Shown: one piece after another, positions 1 through 8,543 of the stretch
Layout: every line of letters begins with the position of its first letter
How positions within the stretch are numbered: the stretch's first letter is position 1
From: Syntrophaceae bacterium
GTDB lineage: Bacteria; Desulfobacterota; Syntrophia; Syntrophales; UBA2185
Length of the DNA stretch: 64,000 nucleotides
NCBI GenBank assembly: GCA_003153775.1
Contig: PMBI01000050.1
Location: 127,325 to 191,324, forward strand
Direction: 5' to 3'
The notes under the pieces: generated by a model
Database searches by the model: none
What the model saw: only the letters and a program-made list of their open reading frames with translations
What the model was told of the DNA's origin: nothing
Position numbers and translations under genes: made by a program

Positions 1-180
1 CGCCACGGTGCTCTTGCCGACGCCGCCCTTCCCGGAAAGTACCATAATTTTGTGATCGATCTGCGCCATACGATTTGCCAGTGTTATATCTTCGGTACTG
101 TCATTCAATTTATTATCGGTTTCGTTGTGTTTGCCATGACAACCCTGGTCTTCGCCGGTATTGTGTTTCTTACACTCCAT
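1..180 (-). CDS. Mrp/NBP35 (MinD/ParA-type) P-loop ATPase, N-terminal fragment running off the window edge
   Basis: The reverse complement reads GAGGAG, 7 nt, ATG, then MECKKHNTGEDQGCHGKHNETDNKLNDSTEDITLANRMAQIDHKIMVLSGKGGVGKSTVA. It has the deviant Walker A GKGGVGKST. An alternative ATG lies at 69. It is absent from the ORF track because it is truncated. Confidence 0.7.
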   Translation of the reverse strand, partial: MECKKHNTGEDQGCHGKHNETDNKLNDSTEDITLANRMAQIDHKIMVLSGKGGVGKSTVA

Positions 181-287
181 TATCATTCTCCTCGGTTATT
201 CTGTCGCTTTTGCTTATTAGAACGCACATCATGATCGCATCTATGTGGCGCCTGCCATATAGTCTGCGGCCCTCGCACGAAGCGGGA

Positions 288-665
288 TCAGTGGGAGCAC
301 CCACCGCCCGCATGGCCTGCACAGGTATTCTCTTTCGAAAATTGCGACAATTTGCCGTCGCGAATGAGATCGATATGCTGCTGGACCGTGCCCTCGGCGC
401 CGCGGTAAACCTGGATCCCCTGGGCTTGCAGCTTCATCAGGGCGCCCATGCCGATGCCTCCGACAACCACGGCATCAACCTTTAATCCTCCCAGAGCCTT
501 GACAGGCTGGCACATGCCATGGGCATGATGCAGATCGCTGTTGTTGATTTCTTCTACGCTCATCTCTCCCGTATCCACAATGACAAAGCCGGGCGCAGAC
601 CCGAAATGTCCGTACACTTTGCTATTCAGTCCCTGCAATGTTTCTGTTGGAAAACAAACCTTCAT
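288..665 (-). CDS. NifB/NifX-family (dinitrogenase FeMo-cofactor-binding domain) protein
   Basis: 125 aa. N-terminus MKVCFPTE..VYGHFGSAPGFVIVD and the VDAVVVGGIGMGA block are typical of the NifX/NifB C-terminal domain family. It sits in a cluster with the Mrp ATPase and DUF134. Confidence 0.75.
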   Translation of the reverse strand: MKVCFPTETLQGLNSKVYGHFGSAPGFVIVDTGEMSVEEINNSDLHHAHGMCQPVKALGGLKVDAVVVGGIGMGALMKLQAQGIQVYRGAEGTVQQHIDLIRDGKLSQFSKENTCAGHAGGGCSH

Positions 666-753
666 CTTATTATCTCCTTTTTATTTCTTATTGATGTTCC
701 CCCTTTAACAAAGGGGGGTTAGGGGGATTTCTCCCTAATGATCAGTATCCTGC

Positions 754-1212
754 TTAAGACCTGCCGCGCGGGCATGCCTCACCAAGTCTCCTTCGTCCTC
801 TCTGCCCATCGGCCCTGCATATGGCCGCATCATTGCAAGCCGGGCATTTTATGGGTCTGCCGGTACCAAAAGGCACATCCCACGCATGCTTACATTTCAT
901 GCACGTAAAAATTCGCTTCTCTGCCATTTGTATTTCACCTCCCTCAATGCGGAGAACAAGACCCTTTACCAGCGCCTCAGCCACTTTGTGCCTCGCCGCT
1001 CCAATAATCCTGCCGAAGGTCTGGCGTGAGACTTTCATCCGTTCCGCCGCCTTGTCGTGGTAAAGCCCGTCAAGATCGGCCAACCGTATTGCCTCAAACT
1101 CATCCATGGATAAGACCACATGGTCAAGCGCTGAGGAAGGCACGCCGGCCGGCTTGAAAATCTGGCACGGCGGCTCTCCCGCTACTCTCCGGCAGCATTT
1201 TGGCCTCGCCAT
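754..1212 (-). CDS. DUF134 (UPF0251) putative DNA-binding protein with C-terminal Cys4 ribbon
   Basis: The N-terminus MARPKCCRRV..FKPAGVP, and SMDEFEAIRLADLDGL..VSRQTFGRII, match the DUF134 pattern. The C-terminus carries CMKC..CPAC. Confidence 0.75.
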   Translation of the reverse strand: MARPKCCRRVAGEPPCQIFKPAGVPSSALDHVVLSMDEFEAIRLADLDGLYHDKAAERMKVSRQTFGRIIGAARHKVAEALVKGLVLRIEGGEIQMAEKRIFTCMKCKHAWDVPFGTGRPIKCPACNDAAICRADGQRGRRRLGEACPRGRS

Positions 1213-1233
1213 TCTTCTTTCTCCTTTTTCTGC

Positions 1234-1262
1234 ATTATAAGCATATGCTCATAACTTGTCAA
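1234..1262 (-). promoter_or_regulatory. Consensus sigma70-type promoter with an embedded palindrome upstream of the DUF134 gene
   Basis: The minus strand reads TTGACA-agttatgagcatatgct(17 nt)-TATAAT, followed by AGGAG and ATG. The 18/20 palindrome TTATGAGCATATGCTTATAA spans the spacer and the -10 box. Confidence 0.6.
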
Positions 1263-1407
1263 GCACAAAAATATCTTCTCTGAGTGAATGAAACCTGAGA
1301 TGTGTTTCAGAATAAAACTTGGTTGGTCCTAATATTTGATATCGGCCGGGGAGGTGGGATTAATCGACATTGCCACAAATAAGACTTGATGGCTTATTCA
1401 TCTGCTG

Positions 1408-1689
1408 TCAATAGCAGCGCCAGCCGTCAATTACTAATTTCCTGAACCCCAGGAAGGAAGCCATCGCGATAACCAATTCTTCTTCCGGCAGGTGATGAGG
1501 GATAAAGACAGTCAAGCCGTCTATGGTCTCCTGTCTGTATTGATCCTGCTTGCGGGGCTTGCCAAGCCTCACGGCTGGTTCCGGCTGGTAGGGTATGCAG
1601 CAGCCGCCCGTTACGGTAACAAGTTCCAGGAATAGCGAGCCGCCTTTATCGAGTGCATATGCCTTTGCTTCGGGTGTAATGGTCAACAT
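1408..1689 (-). CDS. Small CC-motif protein, resembles the CC/Se motif (seleno)protein family (Cys form)
   Basis: The start is taken at the internal Met (MLTITPEAKAY). The sequence contains VTVTGGCCIPYQPEP. The family name is recalled from memory, not searched. Confidence 0.45.
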   Translation of the reverse strand: MLTITPEAKAYALDKGGSLFLELVTVTGGCCIPYQPEPAVRLGKPRKQDQYRQETIDGLTVFIPHHLPEEELVIAMASFLGFRKLVIDGWRCY

Positions 1690-1977
1690 GTTCTTAGCCT
1701 CAAATATAGTATAGCGATCCTGCCCTGAAAAATCAAGGGCGGAGAATCGCGCGAGCACTTCTGAAAGGCTGCACCTCATAACGTAGACGCAAATGCGATG
1801 TTGCAAATTATGATCGGCGATCGCCCTGTGTTCATTTTTCTTGACATGAAGGTGTTTTTTTCTTTAAAGTGGAGTCGCGAAAAAATTTTGTCACACGCTG
1901 TCTCTTTATATATGGCAGCAGACCGAAGCGGAATGCGAAAAAAAGCACCTTCGGCATCTTCAAGTCACGGAGAGAGA

Positions 1978-2949
1978 ATGGCGCGTAGATATTGCATAGC
2001 GATCCTGATCATCCTTCTGAGTGTGGGGATGCTGTCGGTCCAGGTGGCCGCAGGAACCTCAAAGTCCTCACAGTCCTCAAAGTCGTCGAAATCCTCGAAA
2101 TCCAAAGTTGTCCAAAAGAAGAAAAAGAAAACGCGCGCTAAAGTCGTCTACGCTCCCCAGAAACTCGTTATCCGCTCTGCCTGTGCATGGGTGGAAGACC
2201 AGCAGACAGGCGAGCTCTTCATTCAGAAACGGGCGACTGCAGTACTGCCCATCGCCTCCATAACCAAACTCATGACGGCCATGGTGACGCTGGATGCCCA
2301 ATTGGACCTCCAGGAATTGATCAGCATTGAACCCGAAGACGTGGACACCATGCGCCACAGCCGCTCGCGCCTGCGGGTGGGAACTCCCATCGCGCGCGGA
2401 GATGCGCTGCTGCTGGCTTTGATGGCCTCCGAGAACCGCTGTGCTCACGCCCTCGGACGGACCTACCCCGGCGGTATCAACGCCTTCATTGCCGCCATGA
2501 ACGCCAAGGCCCAGTCGCTGGGACTCACCGATACGCACTTCGAAGACCCCGTCGGGCTTTCGAGCGGCAACGTGTCCACCGCCCGGGAACTGGCGCGGAT
2601 GGTGGATGCAGCTTACCAGTATCCTCTTGTCAGGGAATTCACTACGCGCGAAGACGCCGCAGTCCAATTAGGCTATCGCATGATGAAGTTCCGCAACAGC
2701 AATCGCCTGGTCCGCAGCCCTCGCTGGCAGATCGGCCTTTCCAAGACGGGCTTCATCGATGAGGCAGGACGATGCCTGGTGATGCAGGCCCAGGTGGCCC
2801 AGCGCCCCGTACTGATTGTGCTCCTCGATGCTCATGGCAAGCAGACCCGCTTCGCAGACGCCGACCGCATCAAGCGGTGGATGGAGGGACCGCCTCCGCC
2901 GCGACAAAAACAGAGAGTTACCAAGACTAATACCACGCGTCCTATCTAA
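1978..2949 (+). CDS. D-alanyl-D-alanine endopeptidase/carboxypeptidase, peptidase S11 (PbpG-like)
   Basis: Signal-like N-terminus MARRYCIAILIILL, SxxK motif (SITK), SxN motif (SEN) and KTG motif (KTGF). A low-complexity SKSS/K-rich linker follows the signal. The start is chosen at the ATG after GGAGAGAGA. Confidence 0.8.
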   Translation: MARRYCIAILIILLSVGMLSVQVAAGTSKSSQSSKSSKSSKSKVVQKKKKKTRAKVVYAPQKLVIRSACAWVEDQQTGELFIQKRATAVLPIASITKLMTAMVTLDAQLDLQELISIEPEDVDTMRHSRSRLRVGTPIARGDALLLALMASENRCAHALGRTYPGGINAFIAAMNAKAQSLGLTDTHFEDPVGLSSGNVSTARELARMVDAAYQYPLVREFTTREDAAVQLGYRMMKFRNSNRLVRSPRWQIGLSKTGFIDEAGRCLVMQAQVAQRPVLIVLLDAHGKQTRFADADRIKRWMEGPPPPRQKQRVTKTNTTRPI

Positions 2950-3076
2950 CACTGCCGCAGTAGGAAACGCAGACCTTCCTGTAATATCGTTTTTCTGTTT
3001 TTGCTCAGCTATTACACATTACAACCCGTAATCCTTATTCCTATCAATAAGTGTGATCATGGTCCCTATATAATTA

Positions 3077-3104
3077 TTGACTTTTTAATATGGTACTGTA
3101 TATT
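3077..3104 (+). promoter_or_regulatory. Candidate sigma70 promoter
   Basis: TTGACT, 16 nt, TATATT, about 100 nt upstream of the GTG start at 3205. Confidence 0.35.
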
Positions 3105-3204
3105 TTTTTCTGCGATTTAAAGAGAACATTTGAGTTTGCAACCGTCAGCTGTCCATCCACCGCATCTCCATTCTCTGTGAGACTCCATAGCGAGGTAATG
3201 CAAC

Positions 3205-3762
3205 GTGAAAATTTCAGAAAAGCCCTTGCGTAATTATCCCTGGTACCTTCGTTTATTATTCTGGAACCAAGAAAGAAAGTACGGGCAGGTTCTGAAGCCC
3301 TCCCTGCTGTGGGCGAGAGTACCCAAGCTTTTCTTAGCGGTGGCAATTCTATATGGTGTGCTGGATAGACGAAGAAGCCCTGTCGATCCTATACTGCGTT
3401 CATTGGTCATGGTCAGGGTGTCGCAAATAAGCTGGTGTCGCTTCTGTGTTGATATCAATGCATCTCTACTTGCACAGAGAGCGGGCTCTGCGGAAAAGCT
3501 GGAAGTCTTGGAAAAATGGAGGGATAGTGAGCTTTTCAGCAAGAGAGAGAAAGCGGTTTTGGAGTACGCTGAGGCAATTACCTATCCGGGGCAACAGGTA
3601 AGCGATGAATTAATAGCTCGACTGCGTGAGTTCTTTGACGAAGATGGGATTGTCGAACTTACGGGTTTGGTCGCTTTTCAGAATTTATCCAGTAAGTTTA
3701 ACAACGCTCTCGATGTCCCCTCCCAGGGTTTTTGTCGGCTTCCATCTCTGCCTGCTAATTAA
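3205..3762 (+). CDS. Carboxymuconolactone decarboxylase (AhpD-like) family protein
   Basis: 185 aa with a WCRFC (CxxC) motif in an AhpD-like context and C-terminal LTGLVAFQNLSSKFNNAL. GTG start. Confidence 0.65.
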   Translation: MKISEKPLRNYPWYLRLLFWNQERKYGQVLKPSLLWARVPKLFLAVAILYGVLDRRRSPVDPILRSLVMVRVSQISWCRFCVDINASLLAQRAGSAEKLEVLEKWRDSELFSKREKAVLEYAEAITYPGQQVSDELIARLREFFDEDGIVELTGLVAFQNLSSKFNNALDVPSQGFCRLPSLPAN

Positions 3763-3850
3763 GCGAAAAAATCGACATCTTCCCGAACAGTCAAATTCTC
3801 GCCCTGGCAGAAGAAATAGTCAAACCGGATACAACCGGATAATAAATAAT

Positions 3851-3881
3851 GAAAAGACGCCGGCGGAAACCGGCGTCTTTT
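3851..3881. terminator. Bidirectional rho-independent terminator
   Basis: 11-bp perfect stem aaagacgccgg/ccggcgtcttt with a 6-nt loop. A/T runs lie on both sides. It sits between convergent genes. Confidence 0.7.
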
Positions 3882-3939
3882 TGAATTCAATCGCGAACGT
3901 GAAGGCGAAGACATCCTCCCTGCCAGCCATCCCCGAATA

Positions 3940-4680
3940 CTAATATCTTCTGTCCTGGATAAACTGGATCAAAAAACTGTACAGGCCTGTAAAGATGTAG
4001 ATCAGGATCAATCCGATAGAAATAAAAATCAGCCATTTTCTAAGTATGATTGAGAGCAGCACAATAAGCACTATCAGCAGAACGAGCTTTAATCCGTGAA
4101 TTTTATTGAACGCCTTGGCCTGCGGTTTAGAGAATTTTACGGTGGAAACCATCAGGAGGGCAACGGCAATGAATACCGGCACAAAAATCAGCAGGTGACT
4201 CCTTATGTCTCCGGGGTCGCTGAAGGCAATAGGCACAAGCGCCATTGCTATACCCGCGATAGGTGATGGCAGGCCGGAAAAGGAATCGCTGTCATGACTC
4301 ACATTGAACCGGGCAAGCCTGTAGGCCGCGCAGAGAGGAAATGCGGCCGCTATAAACATTCCCACGGGGACATACTTGGTTCCGTCCAGGGAAAATGACA
4401 TATTTGAAAAATACGCTGAATAAGCAAGATACCCCGGGGCTATCCCGAATGCCACACAATCAGCCAGGGAGTCGAGCTGTTCTCCGATCTTGCTGGTAAC
4501 ACGGAGCATCCTTGCAATCTGACCATCAAATCCGTCAAGGAGTGCTGCAAAGAGAATACAAATTCCCGCAACAGCATACTGTTCCTGTGATGCTTTCACT
4601 ATGGCAATAAATCCAAAAAGCAGGTTCCCCATAGTAAAAGAATTGGGGATCCAAACCTTGCTCAGCCTGAAATGCTTCAT
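3940..4680 (-). CDS. pssA: CDP-diacylglycerol--serine O-phosphatidyltransferase
   Basis: CDP-alcohol phosphatidyltransferase motif DGFDGQIARMLRVTSKIGEQLDSLADCVAFG in a polytopic membrane protein. The start is at MKHFRL, preceded by GGGGAG. Confidence 0.85.
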   Translation of the reverse strand: MKHFRLSKVWIPNSFTMGNLLFGFIAIVKASQEQYAVAGICILFAALLDGFDGQIARMLRVTSKIGEQLDSLADCVAFGIAPGYLAYSAYFSNMSFSLDGTKYVPVGMFIAAAFPLCAAYRLARFNVSHDSDSFSGLPSPIAGIAMALVPIAFSDPGDIRSHLLIFVPVFIAVALLMVSTVKFSKPQAKAFNKIHGLKLVLLIVLIVLLSIILRKWLIFISIGLILIYIFTGLYSFLIQFIQDRRY

Positions 4681-4971
4681 GCAGACTCCCCGCAATATCC
4701 TCTATTGTTCCTTGTCTTAAGACTGCATCATTGTACGTGATGAGTCAATTATATTTTCCTGCTTCCGCTGAAATCTCTTTGGTTTGTTTGATAAGAATTC
4801 TTTGTCATATCGTTCAACGCCGCAATCGCCGGATTGACGCATTCTTTATAGATTCGGAGATTTGTGGTCAAGATTTCCTTGACATACGCGGTCGAAATTC
4901 TTATGTATCGTCCGTAGAGAAAGCAAAACATAATCAAAAATCAGCAACTGATAACTCGGGGTAGAACATAA

Positions 4972-5757
4972 GTGGAAATGACGCCGGCCGATCTTGTTCG
5001 ATTAAAGTACGCAAAGGACCTTCTTGAAAATCCCGGTCTCGCCGCCAAGCTTACCAATGTCATTGGCCAGCCCTTCGAGAAAGCTTTCGATTACCTGCCG
5101 GCAAAATGGTCCGGCGCTATCCAGAACATAACCAAAAAATCTTTAACCCACGCCCTCGATGCCGCCGTCAAAACTATTCACCATAGCGAAAAGAACCATT
5201 CAAGCAATACCCTTCATAAGTTTCTTGTTGCCGCTTCCGGTGGAATAGGCGGCGCCTTCGGACTTCCTGCTTTAGCAATCGAATTACCGGCGACCACCGT
5301 CATCATGTTTCGTTCCATTGCTGATATCGCCAGAAGTGAAGGCGAAGATGTTCAACAAATAGAGACAAGACTGGCCTGCCTGGAGGTCTTTGCTCTTGGT
5401 GGCGGCTCTGAAAAAGACAATGCCGCAGAAAGCGGATACTATGCCGTGAAGACGCTTCTTGCAAAACAGGTGTCGGAGGCGGCGAAGTATATCGTCGAGA
5501 AGGGGATTGCCGAAGAAGGAGCCCCTGCGTTGATTCGGTTAATTGCGGCCATTGCCTCCCGCTTTGGAGTCACGGTGTCGCAAAAGGCCGCTGCCTCGGC
5601 AGTGCCTGTCATCGGTGCAGCAGGGGGAGCATTGATCAATTCCATTTTCATGGATCACTTCCAGAATATGGCCAGAGGGCATTTCATTATGCGGAGTCTG
5701 GAGAGGAAGTATGGGAGTGAAACGATTCAGCGAAGATATTTGGTGAGCATGCCTTAA
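4972..5757 (+). CDS. EcsC-family protein (start uncertain, ATG at 4978)
   Basis: 261 aa. The overall pattern (NPGLAAKLTNVIG..., Gly/Ala-rich central region, YFIMRSLERKYG) is recalled as EcsC-like. Confidence 0.55.
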   Translation: MEMTPADLVRLKYAKDLLENPGLAAKLTNVIGQPFEKAFDYLPAKWSGAIQNITKKSLTHALDAAVKTIHHSEKNHSSNTLHKFLVAASGGIGGAFGLPALAIELPATTVIMFRSIADIARSEGEDVQQIETRLACLEVFALGGGSEKDNAAESGYYAVKTLLAKQVSEAAKYIVEKGIAEEGAPALIRLIAAIASRFGVTVSQKAAASAVPVIGAAGGALINSIFMDHFQNMARGHFIMRSLERKYGSETIQRRYLVSMP

Positions 5758-6074
5758 CGGCTGATCCGCTTCGCTACCATGCATTCTGCATAGCACGGCC
5801 TCCTCTTCATCTCAGCGTGATCTTCGCTTCGCGTTACATACCGTTTATATGACCTTACTCGCTGATTGAAACAGAACGTTGACAATTCTAAATCATTATG
5901 CGACATTGCCGGTGACAATCACTGCCAAATAGGAATTTGAACGTGAGGAAGAAAAATGCACGTTTCAAGACCTGACCACATTTCCTCATTCAAGTTGTCA
6001 CGTATTAACCGTTATTCATTCTAGGATACTGTTCTCCAGTAAACATTATTTGATAAGAAAGGAGAAGAGCAATT

Positions 6075-6503
6075 ATGGGATTACCTAACGTATATACCGT
6101 AGCTGTCAGCCGAATACCAGATCTCTTCACAAAGATACGTGATGGCCAAGGACCAGAGCAGTTTACTCGGCAATTACTCAAGGACTGGGGATTCACATCT
6201 TCAAATGACCATGCATTTATTCCTCTACTTAAAGCATTGGGCTTTCTCTCTCCCGACGGAAAACCGACACAGATGTACCATGATTACCGTGATCATTCGC
6301 GATCGAAATTAATAATGGCGCAGGCAATCAGACAGGTATACAGCGACATTTTTTTGATAAAAGAACATCCCACAGCGGCAGATAAGAATGCTGTTACCGA
6401 GCGAGTTTCAGCGTATCTATATGTATATCGCGGACTGGAATCGTGTAATCGGCCTATAAACAATGCGCATCTTTCAGAAATGGCGGTTGACATAATGATT
6501 TAG
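6075..6503 (+). CDS. DUF5343-like protein (the C-terminal third looks atypical)
   Basis: PEQFTRQLLKDWGFTSSNDHAFIPLLKALGFLSPDGKPTQMYHDYR resembles DUF5343 as I recall it. It lies in a visibly AT-rich stretch. Confidence 0.4.
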   Translation: MGLPNVYTVAVSRIPDLFTKIRDGQGPEQFTRQLLKDWGFTSSNDHAFIPLLKALGFLSPDGKPTQMYHDYRDHSRSKLIMAQAIRQVYSDIFLIKEHPTAADKNAVTERVSAYLYVYRGLESCNRPINNAHLSEMAVDIMI

Positions 6504-6625
6504 GCTTCTACAAACATTCTTGGGCGAGGCACTATAATGAAATATCCCTTATAGGCTGGTGTGATTCAGTTTGGAATTGAGTATGGTGTCCATCTAACTT
6601 CCTCTATGTTTTCTCAGGGAACAGA

Positions 6626-7198
6626 ATGCGAAATTATGCAGAAGAGCTTACATACTGGTATTTAAGACTGAACGGTTTTTTCCTTCTTACAGATTTTGTC
6701 TTGCACAGGCGAAGACCAGAATATTCCGGAGATTGTGATATCCTTGCGGTCCGCCCCCCGAATGTGCACGAAGATGTTGGGGGCAGATGGAATGACTGGG
6801 ATAAGAACATGAGGCAGTTCTTTTCTCCCACCGTGACAGTAGGCGTGATATGTGAGGTAAAAGCTGGTAACTTCACACCCGCAAATCTATTCAGTCAAAA
6901 TAATGTCGAATACGCCTTTAAAAGGCTAGGTTTCATTCCCGCCATTGACGTTCCACCTGTGGTCGAGGCTTTTCAGAATAGTAAATGCCATGATATTGGA
7001 ACATACAAAATAATTAAGCTGCTGGTTTCGAACAGGACTGTAAATGACGACACAAATTTTTACTGCCTAACGCTGTCTTATATCAGAGGCTTCATTAAAA
7101 AAAGAATGAAGAAGTTTCCCATTAAGGATTCGGATTGGACTTTTTTTCAATCAAGCATAATACAAGAAATTATTTGGGAGGCTCATAGAAAGAAATGA
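6626..7198 (+). CDS. Hypothetical protein with PD-(D/E)xK nuclease-like motifs
   Basis: The order of elements is N-terminal acidic helix (AEELTYWYLRLNGFF), GDCDILAV, then VICEVKAG. That gives a D...E-x-K arrangement, as in YraN/restriction-endonuclease-fold proteins. Confidence 0.45.
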   Translation: MRNYAEELTYWYLRLNGFFLLTDFVLHRRRPEYSGDCDILAVRPPNVHEDVGGRWNDWDKNMRQFFSPTVTVGVICEVKAGNFTPANLFSQNNVEYAFKRLGFIPAIDVPPVVEAFQNSKCHDIGTYKIIKLLVSNRTVNDDTNFYCLTLSYIRGFIKKRMKKFPIKDSDWTFFQSSIIQEIIWEAHRKK

Positions 7199-7285
7199 GC
7201 TTTGGTAAATAAGCCTCTGTTAAATCTCGCCACCGCCGAAGAATGAACCCGAAAAATGAAAAATAGCGCAGGGTCCTTTATATCC

Positions 7286-7313
7286 ATATGTAGGCATACA
7301 GAATTCACAAGAT
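7286..7313 (+). repeat. Direct repeat copy A (26/28 identical to 8221..8248)
   Basis: atatgTaggcatacagaattcaCaagat here versus atatgCaggcatacagaattcaTaagat at the start of the 8223 ORF. Confidence 0.7.
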
Positions 7314-7356
7314 AACTCTATTGTCATCGAACTGTCCTGAAAACACATTAAAATAA

Positions 7357-7384
7357 AAAAGGGGCAAGGAGCCCTTCTGCTTTT
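7357..7384 (+). terminator. Possible rho-independent terminator
   Basis: aggggc-aagga-gcccct-like stem followed by ttctgctttt. Confidence 0.35.
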
Positions 7385-8168
7385 GCCAATTTCCTCTCAC
7401 TCTGTACCGCGCTGGCTGACCTCCTGGATGAAAGCTCAGAAAATTCCTCTCTGGGGCGTGGCTGACCTTCGCGGGTTCTCCACACCCGCTGACACAACAG
7501 GGCAGGGATATCCGTTCGCCATTTCATTTGCCATTCCCATGAACCCCGTGATAATGGCCGCTATCCAACACGGCCCAAACCAGGCTTATGCTGATGAGTA
7601 TGCCAAAGTAAACGACCATATCAATGAGCTTGCGAAAAAGCTGACGGTCGAGATTAAAGCCAGGGGTTTTCGAGCACAGCCTTTGGCTGCTTCAGAACGT
7701 ACCGATACAGTAAATATCAAGGGAGACTTCCCTCACAAGACCGCGGCCACTCGTGCAGGATTAGGCTGGATTGGCCGCCACTGCCAGCTTGTTACCCGTG
7801 AGTTTGGTCCATGGATTCGCCTCGGGACAGTTTTTACGGATATGGCCATTCCCTGCGGAGAGCCCGTGAAGCGTGACTCCTGCGGCCGCTGCACTCGCTG
7901 CGTCGATGCGTGCCCTGCCGGCGCACTCACGGGAAATGCCTGGTATCCGGGATTGCCGCGCGAGGACATATTGGACGCCCGCGCCTGCGATATCTGGAAA
8001 ATGGAACACTACTTCCAATACCACAAGGGGCACTCCTGCGGTATTTGCGCCGCAGTGTGTCCTCATGGATTGAAGGTGTTAAAAAAATCCTCTGCCCCTG
8101 GAAAGAACGCCCCATTATATAAGCAACGACCGTCGCGCTCGGGAAGCCGATCAGCCCCGGAATCATAA
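7383..8168 (+). CDS. 4Fe-4S dicluster protein, epoxyqueuosine-reductase (QueG)/reductive-dehalogenase-related
   Basis: CGRCTRCVDACPAGAL and CGICAAVCPHG ferredoxin motifs, plus GLGWIGRHCQLVT. The start is uncertain (TTG at 7383 or ATG at 7428). Confidence 0.65.
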   Translation: MPISSHSVPRWLTSWMKAQKIPLWGVADLRGFSTPADTTGQGYPFAISFAIPMNPVIMAAIQHGPNQAYADEYAKVNDHINELAKKLTVEIKARGFRAQPLAASERTDTVNIKGDFPHKTAATRAGLGWIGRHCQLVTREFGPWIRLGTVFTDMAIPCGEPVKRDSCGRCTRCVDACPAGALTGNAWYPGLPREDILDARACDIWKMEHYFQYHKGHSCGICAAVCPHGLKVLKKSSAPGKNAPLYKQRPSRSGSRSAPES

Positions 8169-8220
8169 AGCTGAAGGCTGAGTAACAGCCACTAATTTTT
8201 CTTAAAGGACAAAGGAAGAG

Positions 8221-8248
8221 ATATGCAGGCATACAGAATTCATAAGAT
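8221..8248 (+). repeat. Direct repeat copy B
   Basis: See 7286..7313. This copy covers the start codon and the first 8 codons of the 8223 ORF. Confidence 0.7.
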
Positions 8249-8486
8249 GGTCATTGCCGCAGATAATATAGAAGAAGCCTGTGCTTTTTATCGCGAGGAA
8301 ATAGGCGGCGCCCTGCCTGATGCAATTGAAGAACTGCCCTATGTGATCGAAGTATGCTGTGACGACGGAACCGTTAAACCGGTCAAAGAACGCATCAACG
8401 AGGAGTTAGACGCCCGCAATACCTGGCTGCTATTGGGAATCCCCTGCGAACTCCATCGGCCCTTTCTCATCGGCACCCTGCCGTGA
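8223..8486 (+). CDS. Hypothetical small protein
   Basis: 87-aa ORF preceded by GGAAGAG. No family recognised. Confidence 0.4.
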   Translation: MQAYRIHKMVIAADNIEEACAFYREEIGGALPDAIEELPYVIEVCCDDGTVKPVKERINEELDARNTWLLLGIPCELHRPFLIGTLP

Positions 8487-8543
8487 CGGGTAACTCTATA
8501 TGCACAAAAGTTCTATTTGCCCGGCGGAGCAATCGGAGAATAA

